This document shows positions 1 to 13,200 of a stretch of 64,000 nucleotides of DNA, piece after piece (within the stretch, counting starts at the first letter, position 1; every line of letters starts with the position of its first letter). This DNA is from Candidatus Micrarchaeia archaeon (GTDB lineage Archaea; Micrarchaeota; Micrarchaeia; Anstonellales; VGKX01). Position numbers and translations under genes: made by a program. The notes beneath the pieces are model-generated. The model made no database searches and was not told where the DNA came from. It saw nothing but the letters and a program-made list of their open reading frames with translations. The DNA lies in NCBI GenBank assembly GCA_041650395.1, contig JBAZLG010000003.1, positions 310,917 to 374,916 on the forward strand, written 5' to 3'.

Positions 1-251
1 CCAAATTCGACGACTTGAACAAGAGTTTCACCCAAAGGAGGTTCAAGTGGAAGGAAATAATGGCCAACTGCGAAGAATTCCACGTCATAGCCTCGGACAA
101 CGACCCCTACGTGCCGCTGAAAAAGGCAGAGGAGCTTGCCGACATGCTGGACACCAAAGTCGAGATAGTGGAAGGCGCGGGGCACTTCAATGCCCTGGCA
201 AGGTACGACAGGTTCGAATACCTTCTTGACAAAATCAAAAAGAAGAAATAG
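1..251 (+). CDS. C-terminal fragment of an alpha/beta serine hydrolase (YdeN/RBBP9-like); the 5' end lies outside the window
   Basis: The ORF has no stop upstream in frame back to position 3, so it is 5'-truncated. The C-terminal pattern FHVIASDNDPYVP...GAGHF is typical of the YdeN/RBBP9 serine hydrolase family. Assignment is from memory of the family only. Confidence 0.4.
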   Translation, partial: KFDDLNKSFTQRRFKWKEIMANCEEFHVIASDNDPYVPLKKAEELADMLDTKVEIVEGAGHFNALARYDRFEYLLDKIKKKK

Positions 252-301
252 GAATGGCAGAGCCGCGCCTGCCAAGTTTGCCTGCCGAAAAAAAGAACAG
301 C

Positions 302-1099
302 CTAGTATATGACAAGCACAGGCTCGGTGTAGCGCCGGATTGAAAAGTCCGCCGCCCGTTTTTTTATCATCTCTGCCATGTGCTGCCTGGCAGTCACTAT
401 GTCGTCTTCCATGAGCCAGCCCAAAGGCAGGTTGAGCCTGATAATCCTGTCAGGTATCGAATGCCTGGTGGACTTTGGCGGGAGCGGGACTCCCGTCTTT
501 GCCTTTGCGACAATCTCGCTTTTAGTGAAATTGCGCCTGTAAAGCACCGTCCTGCCGGAATCGACCGCCTCCATGCACTTGAAGTCCTCGATATATCCCA
601 TGCCGTCAGCCGCGCCGATGCCCTTAAGCACGGCCTGCTGGTCCGCTATAATCTCGTCGAGGGAATTGCCGCCTGAAGCGTAAAGGCAGCATTTCAGCCC
701 AGACGCGGTCTTTGTCATTGCCATGAAATACGCCTGCTTGTTGTCCACTGCAGCCTTGCCAGCCTCGAAATCCACAATCTCGCACTTGAGCTTGCCCACT
801 GCGCTTGGGAACACGCCGGTTGTCGGGAGCCAGCCGCCCACCTTTATTTCCTCGTCATCGTAATCGACAACCTGGCAAGCTGCGCTGACGCACTGGATTG
901 CCTTGAGCACTGAAAACCTGTGGTTGCCGTCAAGGACCACGTGATGTTCCTTGTCCACTATGATTGGGTCCACGAGCTTGCCTATGTTGAGCATTGCCTC
1001 CTTCAGGTAAATCTCGTTCTTTTTTATGGTCTGCTCATGCCCAAGCAGCTTGTCAAGCGGCAATATGTCAAGCTTTGACAGGATTTCATCTGCAATCAT
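302..1099 (-). CDS. ParB/sulfiredoxin-fold domain protein (possibly SerK-like kinase family)
   Basis: 265-aa ORF with the motif HHVVLDGNHR, resembling the ParB/Srx DGxHR signature. I recognise no other domain. Confidence 0.4.
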   Translation of the reverse strand: MIADEILSKLDILPLDKLLGHEQTIKKNEIYLKEAMLNIGKLVDPIIVDKEHHVVLDGNHRFSVLKAIQCVSAACQVVDYDDEEIKVGGWLPTTGVFPSAVGKLKCEIVDFEAGKAAVDNKQAYFMAMTKTASGLKCCLYASGGNSLDEIIADQQAVLKGIGAADGMGYIEDFKCMEAVDSGRTVLYRRNFTKSEIVAKAKTGVPLPPKSTRHSIPDRIIRLNLPLGWLMEDDIVTARQHMAEMIKKRAADFSIRRYTEPVLVIY

Positions 1100-1241
1100 T
1101 CAAACAAACCCCCTTTGGTTAACTGGACGCACGTTATTGAAACATTGGAAAAGGCAAGGATTAAAACCAGATTACAACGACAATCGCCAAATATGCCGGC
1201 ATGCCGGGATTGGGGTTGCGGAATAAGGCAAGGCGCGCAGG

Positions 1242-4200
1242 CTAATCTTCCTTTGGCGCGGGCGGCGCCGGCTTTTGCGGCCCTTCCTTTTGTTCCCGGA
1301 GGCCATAATCCCCGATAGGAATGTCCTGGGGCGGAACCTGCCCGTCGCCCTTGCCCCGCCTCCTCCTCGCCAGGAATTCCTTGACTGTCGCGGGCAGGCC
1401 GGACTTTGTCACAATAACTAGCTCTATGGCTGCGACTGCGATTCCAATCACGGGGTGCACAAACATGCCCGCGACCACTGGCAGCAATCCAAGCTCTATC
1501 GGGAAGAACGCCATGCCGATTGAAACGCGGTAAACCATGTACGCGGAGGCCGCAAGCACGAGCCACGCAAGCGGCAGGGCAATGGATTCCACGGGTATCT
1601 GCGGGAGCTGGATGCCCGGGGCAGGCACCACTTCGCCAAGCACGCACCTGCCTTCCATGTTGCAGAAGCCCGTGCAGCAGTCCGATGAAATCTGGCACTT
1701 TTGCAATAGCGGCGAGCACTCGGCGCACCTGTTTGCCACGCATTCGCCAGAGCAGCATTCCTTCGTGGACTGGCAGGACGCGCTTGGCAGCTTGCACTGC
1801 GACACCGGCAGGCGCGCCTCGCATACCGCCGCCTCGGAACAGTAGCCGGAGCAGCAGCTCGTGCCAAGCGAGCAGACCTGCCCGTCCGGCAGGCAAGCAG
1901 GCGGCTTGGCGCAGTCGACCACCTCGAACTGCTTTTCAGAATAGAGATAGCCATTGCGCACCGCAGTGACAACGAACGTGCCGTTTTGCGACGGCTGGAA
2001 TATGTATGCGCCCGTGCCGTTGTGGAACAGGCTTTCAGGCACCCTCACGTTTTTCACAATCCTGTAAAGGCTTAGTGTTGCGTCCGGCGGGCTGACCGAC
2101 GCGCTCCCGTAGAACTGGGTGCACTGCGCGTTCACTGTAAGGTTGATTGGCGGCAGCACAACAGGCGTCTGGTTGCGCTCAAGCGAGCATATGCCGTCCG
2201 TGCATATGCCCGAGCAGCAGTCATAATCGTTCTGGCACGAGACTGTCAGGTTGCGGCACGACGGCGGCACTGCGCAGGACTGGACAGTGAAGTACTTGCT
2301 TGTGGACGAATAGCCCACCTTGGACACTGAAAGCTGGTATGAGCCTGCCTCGGGCACGAAGACGTACTTGCCGGCGGAGGAGGTTGAAACAGACACGGGC
2401 GAGAGACCGAGGCTTGACGGCGTGACCTCGACAGAGGAGTCAAGCAGCTGGCGCGTGGCATAGTCCCTGACTGTTATGGTGGCGGTCTCGCCTGCGCAGG
2501 TAGCGGCGAGGTCGACTTGCAGCTTGCGCTCCACAGCCCCGCCTCCCGAAGACACGGGCGGCGGGCTTTGCGAGAGCGAGAACGTGGCATTGGCTGTGTG
2601 CGAATAGCCGAGGTAATCCGTTTCATAGAGCCTGACGGTATAGGTGCCATAGGCAGGCGCAGCCACAGAAAGGCTTGTGGCATTGCACGCTATGGCCGAG
2701 CTGTTTATCACAGTGCCGTTCGAGTCCGCAAGCTCGTAGGAGCACGATATGGAATTCTGCGGGTTGAGTATCCTGTAGACCATGGCGAAGTCGAGCGTGT
2801 CGGCAATGACCTGCGACTGCGCGGGCGACGCGATGCTTGCAGCAAGCTCGGAGAAGTCGGCCCGCAGCGCGAACACGGGGCTCGAGGTCGAATTCAGGCC
2901 GTCGGATATGACAGCCTGCCAGTAATAGGTCGTGTTGTCGGCAAGGCTGAAATATGCCGAAGGCGACGTGCCGGACTGGGCAAGCGCAAGAGACGACAGG
3001 CTCGTGCCAAGGTAGAACGAATAGTTGAGTGCTTGCAGGCTCGACTGCAGGTCCGTCGCATTTGCATAGACCTGCCAGGGCTGCTCGAAGGCCACAGTTG
3101 CGTTGGCGGACGATACAGAAACCAGGCTTGGCGGCGAGTTCTCCATGTAGGTCCTGGTGCCTGAATAGCCAAGCCTTGAATCCGTTGTCGCCACGAGAAC
3201 GGAATAGTTGTATGAGCCTGCCTGCGCAGTTGGGAGCGAATAGGAACAGTAGGCAGGCGGCGCCTGCGAACTCAACGTGCCATTGAAGCTTATGCCGTTG
3301 ATGGTGACAGTGCATGAAGAGATGTTTGCAACCGCGCTGATTGACGCGTTTATGTCAAGCCTGCCAGTGCTGCCTATGTAGTTTTGCGCGGGCGTGGGCG
3401 CCACGAACTGAACCGAAGGCGCGCTCAAGTCTATCGTGAAGTTCCACTCGCTGGAATTCGCAGAGAATCCGGTGCCGTCAAACCCTGCCACGCGCCAGTA
3501 ATACGTGCCTGGCGAGAGCGACAAGTTGGTTGCCGATGAAGTTGAAATGCCATAGAATGCCGGGCCTGGCGAAGTGCCCATGTAGAGGTAATACGACACA
3601 TTGTCGCCGTCAGGGTCGGCGGAGTCGGACCAGTCGAAGCTGACATTGCCGTTTGTCAGGACCTGCCCGCTTGAAGGCGCAATCAGGTACGGCGCCTGCG
3701 GGGCTGTGTTTTGCACGGTGAGGGCCGACGAGTTCGCCGCAGTGCCATTGAGGGTGCCGTCCGTCGGGACAACCTCAAGCGTCCAAATCTGGCCTTTCAC
3801 GACTTCAGAAGCGGGGATTGACGAGACAAGGCCGGAAACCCCCGACTGGAAGCCGGAGGCAAAGCCGGTCCTGTTCCTCGCCCCATTGAGGTACCATGAA
3901 TAGTAATACGATATTGAATCGCCATTGGGGTCAGTTGACGTGGCCCAGCCGTATATGGCGTTCTGCCTGGCAACGTAGGTGCCGTTTGTGGAATTGAGCA
4001 GGCTGACAGAACCCGCCTGCGGCGGCGCATTGGGTATCGACTGGATGGTGGTAGACGCCGACGCATTGGTGTAGTCTGTGCCGTCGAACGCGCTTGCAGT
4101 GCACGTCAGGTTAGTGCCTGCCGGGCAAGTGGATGCAGAGCATGCGAACTGGCTCGAGGATGAGAACGCCTGCACCACGCCGGAGCCAGTTGAGAACTGG

Positions 4201-7200
4201 TAGCGCACTGCCAGGCTGTCCCCGTCAACGTCCGAATACGGCGTCAGGTTGGTGCAGTTCACAAGCGTGCCGGGGTATGCAGGGGCGGATATGCCGACTG
4301 CGAAGTCTGTCGGCGGCGTGTTGCCTATAGTGATTTCGGTGGAATTGATTGCCTGGCCGTCAGCCATGCCGTCGCTTGGCCTGATTTCAAGCACCCATCT
4401 CTGGCCTTTAACTATGCCGCCGGTCCTGTTTGCGGCATTGGACTCAATGCCCTGGGCGAAGTACGCAGACGAGCCCGAAGAATTGAGCGTGCCATTGAGA
4501 TACCACTTGTAATTGTAATATACCGGGTCTGACTGGTTGTCGGTGGCGTTTGCCATGCCAACAAGTATGTAGCCGCGCCTGAACCCGCTGCCCCCGGTGG
4601 AATTGACAATCCGCGAGGAGAGCGCCGCGGGCGGCGTGTTGGCAGGCGAGGATATCACCCTGCTTACAGTGGCGTCAGTGTGGTCCGTCCCGTCGCTTGC
4701 CCTGATTGTGCAGGACAGGGTCATGCCGGCCGGGCATGTGGCAGGCGAGCACGAGAGCGTGCCCGCCGGGGAGAATGCCTGAAGCTCGGTTGTGGAATTG
4801 AAGAACCTGTAAGTGAGGGACACGGCGTCGCCGTCAGCGTCGGTTATCGCCGAAGTGTTGGCGCAGGTCACGGTCGAGTTAGGATACATCGGGACCGGAG
4901 AGAGGCCCGCCCCGAACGTGGACGGCGGCGAGTTCTGCACCACGTAGGACGTCGAGTTCTGTGCCGTGCCGTTGAGATAGCCGTCTGTAGGTATTGCCTG
5001 GCAGAATACCGTGTCGGACTTGTTGAAGTACGAGCTTGGAATCACCTGCGAAGCCGATACGAGGGCGCCGTTGACATACCACGCGTAATGCATCGAAGTC
5101 GAATCATTCTCTGGGTCCGACACGCTCGCGTTCTGGCAGGTCAGGCTCGGGTTGGCCTTCATGACAGGCACCGGCACAATGGAAGGCGCCGATGTCACGG
5201 GCGCGCCGTTGGGGAACGCGTGGACAGAAGGCGTAGTGGATGCCTGCTGCGACGCGCTGTCCCTGAACGTGATCGAGATGGTGGTGGAGACGCCTGACGC
5301 GCCGGTGCAGTAATAGGTTGCGTTAAGCGTCTTTATGCCCTGGGATATCGACTGGACAGTGCACGTGCCAGAGCTTGCAGAAATCTGGATGTTCGTGATG
5401 TCCTCCGAGCCGTCCGCGTCATATACCCCGCCTGTAACAGTGAACGAGTGGTTGGACGCCGAGTCCGCAAAGGTGTTTTGCACTGCGATGTACGGCGGGC
5501 TGTTTAGTATCTGCGTCGAGTTTGTCGCCGAAGTCGAGTTGATGCCGTACTGGTTGATTATTATGGCGTCCACATAGAGCCTGCCGGAGCAGCCTGCGGC
5601 AATGGAGCAGTCAAACGTGGCATTGCTTGAATACGCCCTGAGCGTGGCGGTCGAGTTCCTCACCCTGTAATAATAGGTATAATTGGTTCCGTCAGGAGTG
5701 GACGCGCCATAGCCTGCGAACGTGAAGCTGGAATTGCCATAGCCAGGCGACGGGCTGATTGTCACATTGGCAGGCGGGAAGGGCACGGAGCTCACGATTG
5801 TCAGGTTTGCCGAAGACTGGCTCGTGCCATTGGCATAGCCGTCTGTCGGGGTTATGCTGCACGAGACAATGTCTCCAATGGAGTATGAGGAGTTTGTCAG
5901 GTAGGATGTGGCTATTCCTGCCGAAGCGCCATTGACGGACCACGAATAGTAGAATGACACAGTGTCATTGTCGGGGTCGCTGGTGCTGCCGTTGGTGCAG
6001 TTTATCTGCGGCGTCTGCTTGTATGCAGTCGACGGTGCAAGGGACGGCGCCGAGGTCGCGGGCGCGTGGTTGGGGTATGAGTTAGCTGCGGGCGCCGACG
6101 CGTTGTACGCGCCCGACTTGTCGGTGAACCCGATCGAGACGGTGCTTGAGGCGAAGGCTGTGCCTGTGCACTCGTATGTCACATTGAAGTAGGAGCCAGA
6201 AGTGTAATTGGAAACATAAACGCACGAGCCGCTTGAAGAGGAAATGTTGGTCGAGGCTATGTCAGAGCCGCCGTCGGCGTCATAAACCCCGGCAGTGGCC
6301 CTGAACTTGTGGCCCGCGCTCTGGTTGGCAAAAACACTCTCGACTGCCAGCGCAGGGTTGGAATTGGATATCGCAAGCCCGGAGGAATTTGCCGCAGTGC
6401 CATTGAGCAGGCCGTCTGTAGGCGTCACCTGGCAGATTACAATGTCATTCTTATAGAAGTACGAGTTGTTGATTGAAGCTGCCGAGGGGGCAACCGCCAC
6501 GCCATTGACATACCACTTGTAATAATACGATACAGTGTCGCCTTCCGCGTCGAACGTGTTGTTTGGAGTGCAGCTTATCTGGGCAGTTGACTTGTAGGCA
6601 GGAATTGGGGCGAGTATCGGGGCAGCGGTGGTGGGCGCCGTGTTGTTTATCAAAAGCGCGCTCGAGTTGCGCGCCGTGCCGCTTGCCGTGCCGTCAAACG
6701 GCCTGATTTCGCAAACCACGCTTTGGCCGTTGGTGTATGACGAGTTAGTTATGTACTGGGTCGTTATGCCCGAATACGCGCTGTTGACAAACCACCTGTA
6801 AGTGAATGAGACCGAATCGCCGTCAGCGTCAGAGGTTGTCCCGTTGTTGCAGGTTATGTTTAAGGTAGTCTTGGCTGCCGTGGGCGGCGCGAGAGTCGGC
6901 ACTCCCGTCACAGGCAGGCTGTTTGATATCACAAGAGCGGAAGAATTGGACGCTGTGCCGTTCTGGTAGCCGTCATAAGGAGTGGCCTGGCAGACAAGGG
7001 AGTCGCCCCTGGCATAGGAGGCATTCGTGATGGAGCTTGTTGAAACCCCGGCACTTGCGCCGTTCTTGAACCACGAATAGCTGACTGACACCGTGTCATT
7101 GTCGATGTCCGCGCCTGTCGCCGAGCAGTTGACCTGCGCCGTAGTCACATACGCCGTGGAAGGCGAGAGGCTGATGTTGGAGATGGCAGGGAGATGGTTG

Positions 7201-10200
7201 GGGTATGAGTTCGCTGCTGGCGCAGACGCGTTGTACGCGCCCGACTTGTCGGTGAACCCGATTGAGACGGTGCTTGAGGCGAAGGCTGCGCCTGTGCACT
7301 CGTATGTCGCATTGAAGTAGGGGCCCGAAGTGGAATTGGAAACGTAAACGCACGAGCCGCTTGACGAGGAAATGTTGGTCGAGGCTATGTCAGAGCCGCC
7401 GTCGGCGTCATAAACCCCGGCAGTGGCCCTGAACTTGTGGCCCGCGCTCTGGTTGGCAAAAACGTTTTCGACTGCCAGCACAGGGTTGGAATTGGACACC
7501 ACGAGCGCCGAGGAATTGACTGCCGTGCCGTTCGCGATGCCGTCAAAGGGCGTTACCTGGCAGACAACCAAGCTCGATTTGTTGAAATTCGAGCTTGCAA
7601 GGTACGGGGTCGAGGCAGCCTGCGCCACGCCGTTGACGTACCACCTGTAGAAGAAAGCCACAGTGTCGTTCTCATTGTCGCTTGTGGTGCCATTGGTGCA
7701 GTTTATTTGTCCGCTGGACTTGTATGCGGGAATTGGCGAAAGAGCCGGTGCTGCGGTTACAGGCGGGGTGTTTGTAAGGGCGAGTATCGTCGAGTTAACA
7801 GCCGCGCCATTGCCGATTCCGTCATTGGGAGTAATCTGGCAGCGCAGGTCCACTGCATTGTAATAGGTGGCGTTGGTGACGGACTGGCCAGTTATGCCGG
7901 TAGAGGCATTGTTCACAAACCACAGGTAGGAGAACGTGACAGAGTCGCCATCGGCGTCCGCCGTCGTGTTGTTATAACACGTTATTGCAGGCGTGTTCTT
8001 GTTTGCCACTGAAGGCACGAGGTATGGCGCGCTTGTCACAGGCAGGCTGTTGGAAACCACAAGCGCGGTCGAATTCACCGCCGTGCCGTTCTGATAGCCG
8101 TCATAAGGAGTGGCCTGGCAGACAAGGGAGTCGCCCCTTGCATAGGAGGCGTTTGAAATGGAGCTCGTGGCAATGCCAGTGGACGCGCCGTTTTTGAACC
8201 ACAGGTAATTCAGTGTTACCGTGTCATTGTCCGCGTCGGACGGGGAGGCCGTGCAATTCACCTGCAAAGTAGATGCGTAGGCCACGGCAGGCGCCAGAGT
8301 CACGTTGGTTGCCACGGGCAGGTGGTTTGGATATGCAGCCACTGAAGGAGTCGAGGCATTGTAAGCGCCCGACTTGTCCGTGAAGCCGATTGAGACAGTA
8401 GTTGATGCAAGCGCGGTGCCAGAGCACTCGTATGTCACGTTGAAATATCCGCCCGCGGTCGAGTTTGAAACGTAAACGCACGAGCCGGAGGTCGAGGAAA
8501 TGTTGGTCGAGGCCATGTCTGAAGCCCCGTCGCCGTCAAACACGCCCGCGCTCACGCGGAACCTGTGCCCGGCGCTCTGGTTAGCTATCGAGTTCTGCAA
8601 TGCCATCTGCGGCACGGAGTTCAGTATGGCGAGGGGCGAGGAATTGACGCTTGTGCCATTGACAAACGGGTCTGAAGGCGTTACCTGGCAGACTATGGAG
8701 TCGCCCTTGGAATATGATGAATTCGTTATTGACTGGCTTGAAACCCCGGCAGAATTGCCATTTACAAACCACTTGTACGACAGCGTGACATTGTCGCCGT
8801 CCGGGTCATAGGTCGAATTCGCGCTGCAGGTTATGGAAGGCGTGGTCTTGTAAGCGGGCGTAGGCGAGAGCACGGGCGTGCCTGTGACAGGCGGCGAGTT
8901 TATCACCTGGACCTGCGACGAGTTCATGCTCGTGCCGTTTAGCTCCCCGTCAAAGGGAGTTATCTGGCAGATTATGGTGGCTCCATTGGAGAATGAAGAG
9001 TTCGTCAGGTTCTGGCTTGTAATGCCGGAAAAGTTGCCATTGACAAACCACTTGTAGTAGAATGACACATTGTCGCCGTCAAAGTCGGAACTCGTGCCGT
9101 TCACGCACGACACCTGCGACGTGTTCTGGTAAATGGTTGGCGGCGCTATTGCGGGGACCGAAGTCACGGGCGCCGTGTCCAGCACGGTGATTGTGGTGGA
9201 ATTTACGGCAGAGCCATTGACAGGGCCGTTTGTGGGGGTGGCTTCAAGGGTCCAGTTCTGGTGCTTCACTACGCCCGTGCCTGTGATGTTGGCTATGTTC
9301 ACAAGCGCGCTAGACGCGAAGCCGTTTGGAGTAGAGTAATTGACAATGGCATATACCTGCGTGACAAAGGTCGAGCCTGAAGTCGCCGGCCCTTTCGCCT
9401 TTACGCCGATTTGCAGGCTTGACATGTCCGCGGAGTTCCAGTTGCCAAAGTCGCTTGGCCTGTATTGCCATGAATCCGAGTATGTAGCCCACGAGGAAGT
9501 GACAGAGTGCGCTGCCCCCAGGGTCGTCACATTGTGCTCGCGTATCGCAAGCTCCACGGTCCCGCCAGTGCCAGCGCCGAATGATTCTGCGACCGCGAAG
9601 AGTTCCAATGAAGTGATTGGCGAGCCCGAAGGCACAATGCCGGACGTCACAGTGTAGAGGTCGAGCAGGTATGAGCCCGAATCCGCGAACACGTAGGACG
9701 TGAGGCCGTCCATAGACGCCTCGTCAACGCTTTGCCAGTTTGGCGGCGCGGGTTCCGCGCTTAGCTGGCTTGAATTGCCGATTCCCGCGGGGCGCAGGGT
9801 TGCGTTAGACGGCGCGGAAACAACCCCGATAGAGCCGCTTGAATTCAGGGTGCCGTCAAGATACCATTTGTAGTAATAGCCGAGGTTGTTGCCGTCAAAG
9901 TCAGTGCCATTTGCATAGCCGAGAAGGCTGGAATTCGTGTAAAGCGCGCTGCCGCCCGTGGAGTTCCTTATCTGGACAAGCGAGAGCTGCGGCTCGGAGC
10001 CCACTGCCACAAAGACAGAGGACGTGGCATTGGAATAGCCGTTTGAAGCGGTGACCTCAAATTTCCACCTGTCCCCGCCCACGGCAGGCGTGGAGTTGCC
10101 TATGTTTGCTTCAATTCCTTGCAGCACCGGGCCGAAACTGCCCGTGGAATTGAGCACCCCGTTCCTGTACCACTTGTAAGTGTAATTGAGCGTGTCATTG

Positions 10201-13200
10201 TCAGCCTGCGACGCGTTGGCATAGCCTACAAGCACGGAGCCGTTCCTAAACGTAGTGCCGCCAGTGGAATTGAGCACGCGCAGGGATGGAATCGAAGGGG
10301 GCATGTGCGAGATGGCAAAGGGCGATGAGTTGAGGGCGGTGCCATTGTCCAGCCCGTCAAAAGGCGTGATTTCAAGCACCCAGACCGAGTCCGCGGACAG
10401 GGACGAGTTTGGTATGGAGGAAATGTTCACAAGCCTGCCCTGCGTGTAATTGCCCGCAGCCACGCCGCTTGAGAACAATGCCCCGTTCTTGTACCATTTA
10501 TAGTAATATGACAATGTGTTGTTGTCCGCGTCAGTGGCATTGGCAAAGCCCACAAGGGTTCCGGAGCTGTCTGCGTAAGTGCCGTTTGTGGCATTGAGTA
10601 TTGTGCTGTTCGCCATGACAGGCGGGATGTTGGCATATGATATATATACGGGGCTAGAGTTGAGCGCCTGGCCCCTGATGCCGTTTGAGGGCGTGACCTC
10701 GAGTGTCCAGTTCTGGTATGAGACCAGGCCCGAGAAGTTCTGGACATTCACAAGCGCGGACGGCGAATACCAGCCATACGTGGAGCGGGCTGCCTGCTGG
10801 CCTATGCTGGCGTTTAAAATCCGGACCTCGTCAATCAGGCCGACAAAGCCGGAGTTGCGCGAGCCTGTGGCAAAGCCGTTGTCAGGCTCATAATTCGCCT
10901 TGCCCCTGCCTATGAGCGCAGTGTCGAATGTCATTGCCGGCATGCCGAAGGAGAAATTCGCCGCCTGGAACTCGTTGAGGTAAATGCTGGTTGTTGTGGA
11001 ATTGGCGCTGTATGCGATGTATTCCCATTGGCTGCTGTCAAGCGGGCCAGTGTAGAGGTTGCCCGAGAACGGCGCTATTGTGCCCAGGTAATACGTTATC
11101 CCGCTCTCGCCAGTGCCCGCGTAAATCATGCCCGTTGATGCCTCAAGCAGGGACTGGACGTATTTGGAGCTTGTCGAGGGGCCTATGTTGGCGTTCATGA
11201 GCGACCATGAGGCGCCCTTGTCAGCGCTCTTGTACACCCTGCTCCTGTATGAGGACGAGCTTGTTCCAATCCTCGCGCCCGCGTAGATTGTTCCGTCCGA
11301 GCCTTCAAGCAGGGACTGGACGTCAGAAGCGCTTGTGAGCGTGCCGGTGTTTGCCCAAGTCGTGCCATTGTCAGTGCTTTTTAGCACCCTGCCCGAAGTG
11401 GATGTCTGTGACGCGGCCGCGTAGATGGAGCCATCGTCCGCCGCCAGGAACGCGTTTACCGAAACCGAGCCTGAATAAGCCGAAGACCAGCTGGAGCAGT
11501 CCGCGCTTTTGTAAATCTCCCCTGACGCGCTGCCCGCGAGGAACGTGCCCTGCGAAGTTATCATGAGGGAATTGACTGCCGTGGCGCCGACAACAGAGCC
11601 GCATGAGAGTTGCCATGAGCCGCCCGAATATTTCAATATGTTCTCGGTGTCCGTGGCCACGTAAATTGAGCCATCAGGCGCGCGCGCAAGCTGCGTGGCG
11701 GTGGTTGCTCCTGAAAGCGAGCCAGTGTCTGTCCAGTTGGACAGGTTTGAGGCCGAATAATAGACCTTGGCCGTGCCCGCACCGTCATCTCCCGCAGCAT
11801 AAACAGAGCCGTCGGGCATCACCAGAATCGAATTCACAAGGGTGGAAAGCCCCGCATAGCTCCAAGTGGCGCCGTCGTCGGAGCTTGAATACAGGCCGAT
11901 GTCGGTCCCTGCAAGAAGCTTGCCGGACGGGGACTCGGCAAGGCTCCTCACAATGCCGCCGCCGGAGATGGTGGAAGAGTTCCACGCCCCCGCCTTGTCA
12001 ATAGCAGTGGCGTAGAGCCTGCCAGATGAGAACGAATAGCCGATTTTGAGCTGGGAGAGGTTGCCGCCAAGGACGATATAGTCCATGTTGGTTTTGTTGC
12101 CGGAATAATTGGCAGAGAGGTTGGGGCGAAGCCACATTTCAACCGACAATGCGTTAAGGCCGGACATCTGGGCAGAAGTGACGTTCGCGTAGATTTGCGC
12201 CGCCGCCTGCGAGTTTGAAGAATATGATTCCTGCGGGAAATATCTCGCATTTCCAAAGCGCGCCGCAGAGACGCCTGCGCCGCTTGTCGCAGTCGCATTG
12301 AACCTGCCCGTGGCGTCTGCGACTAGGGTGCCGTTGGTTTCGCCCATGTGCCAGAGCCCCAGGGTTGAATTGCCAAGTGCGAAAGTCGAGGCATTTGAAA
12401 CGTGGTCGGCGTAGCGCAGAGTGCCGTCCTGGTACCATTTCAGGTAATAAGTAACCATGTCAGAGGAATTGGCGCTTGTCGCGTTTGCCCAGCCTGTCAG
12501 GTTCATCCTGGCATTGAAATACGTGCCGCCCGTAGAATTGAGTATTGCCGATAGGTTCATGCGCGGGGGCTTTGACCCGCCGCCGCCCGACTCCACGCAC
12601 GTCCACGCGCACGTGCCGTCCGGGCACATCATGTTTGGCGCAATGCAGTTCGGGTCATAATCGCAAGTTGACGGCGTGATGCCGTTTATCCTTACCCACG
12701 CGGCAGTGCCTGAAACAGATATGTTCTGTGGTATTCCTACGTGCACGAAGTCGGAGCCTATCAGGTTGTCGTTCGAGTCGTATACGCCCACCACGTTGCT
12801 CATTCTCGAGACATTGTCCGTAAGCTGCCATGAATAGTTGGTCAGCCGCAGGCCGGGGCTTGTGCAAAGCAGCCCTGTGTATGCGTCCGTGATATTTACA
12901 GTGACAACGGAGCCGGACTGGCTCATGTTCGCGCGGTAGCTGCCCACAAGCCAGCCGCCGGGTGCGTCCATTTTCTCCTGCTGGTCGCGCGTCACGTCGA
13001 GGCTCGTATAATTTGAAAAGACGACGGTGACAAGCCCGGGCAGGCGCGACTTTATGTCCTGCACGTCTATGTCGTAAAGCGAGCAGTTGACCGGGTCGGG
13101 CACGAAATAAGCCAGGCCGGGGCCGTAGTTGTGGACATATGAAGTGGTGTTGTTTTCAATGAAGAAAAGCCCGACCCTGGAGCTGTTATAGCCCGGCTGG

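Noticed and set aside
1195-1208. Perfect palindrome GCCGGCATGCCGGG downstream of the giant gene, as a possible terminator or regulatory site
   Set aside because: It is a short no-spacer palindrome in GC-rich DNA and could easily occur by chance. There is no adjacent T-tract and no second copy noticed.
1096-1896. A 266-aa minus-strand ORF, and many 60-215-aa plus-strand ORFs, inside the 1242-13394 region
   Set aside because: They lie entirely within and overlap the uninterrupted 4050-aa ORF in other frames or on the other strand. Their translations are Arg/Ala/Pro-rich low complexity typical of spurious ORFs in GC-rich DNA. Several are mere antisense images of the internal tandem repeat.
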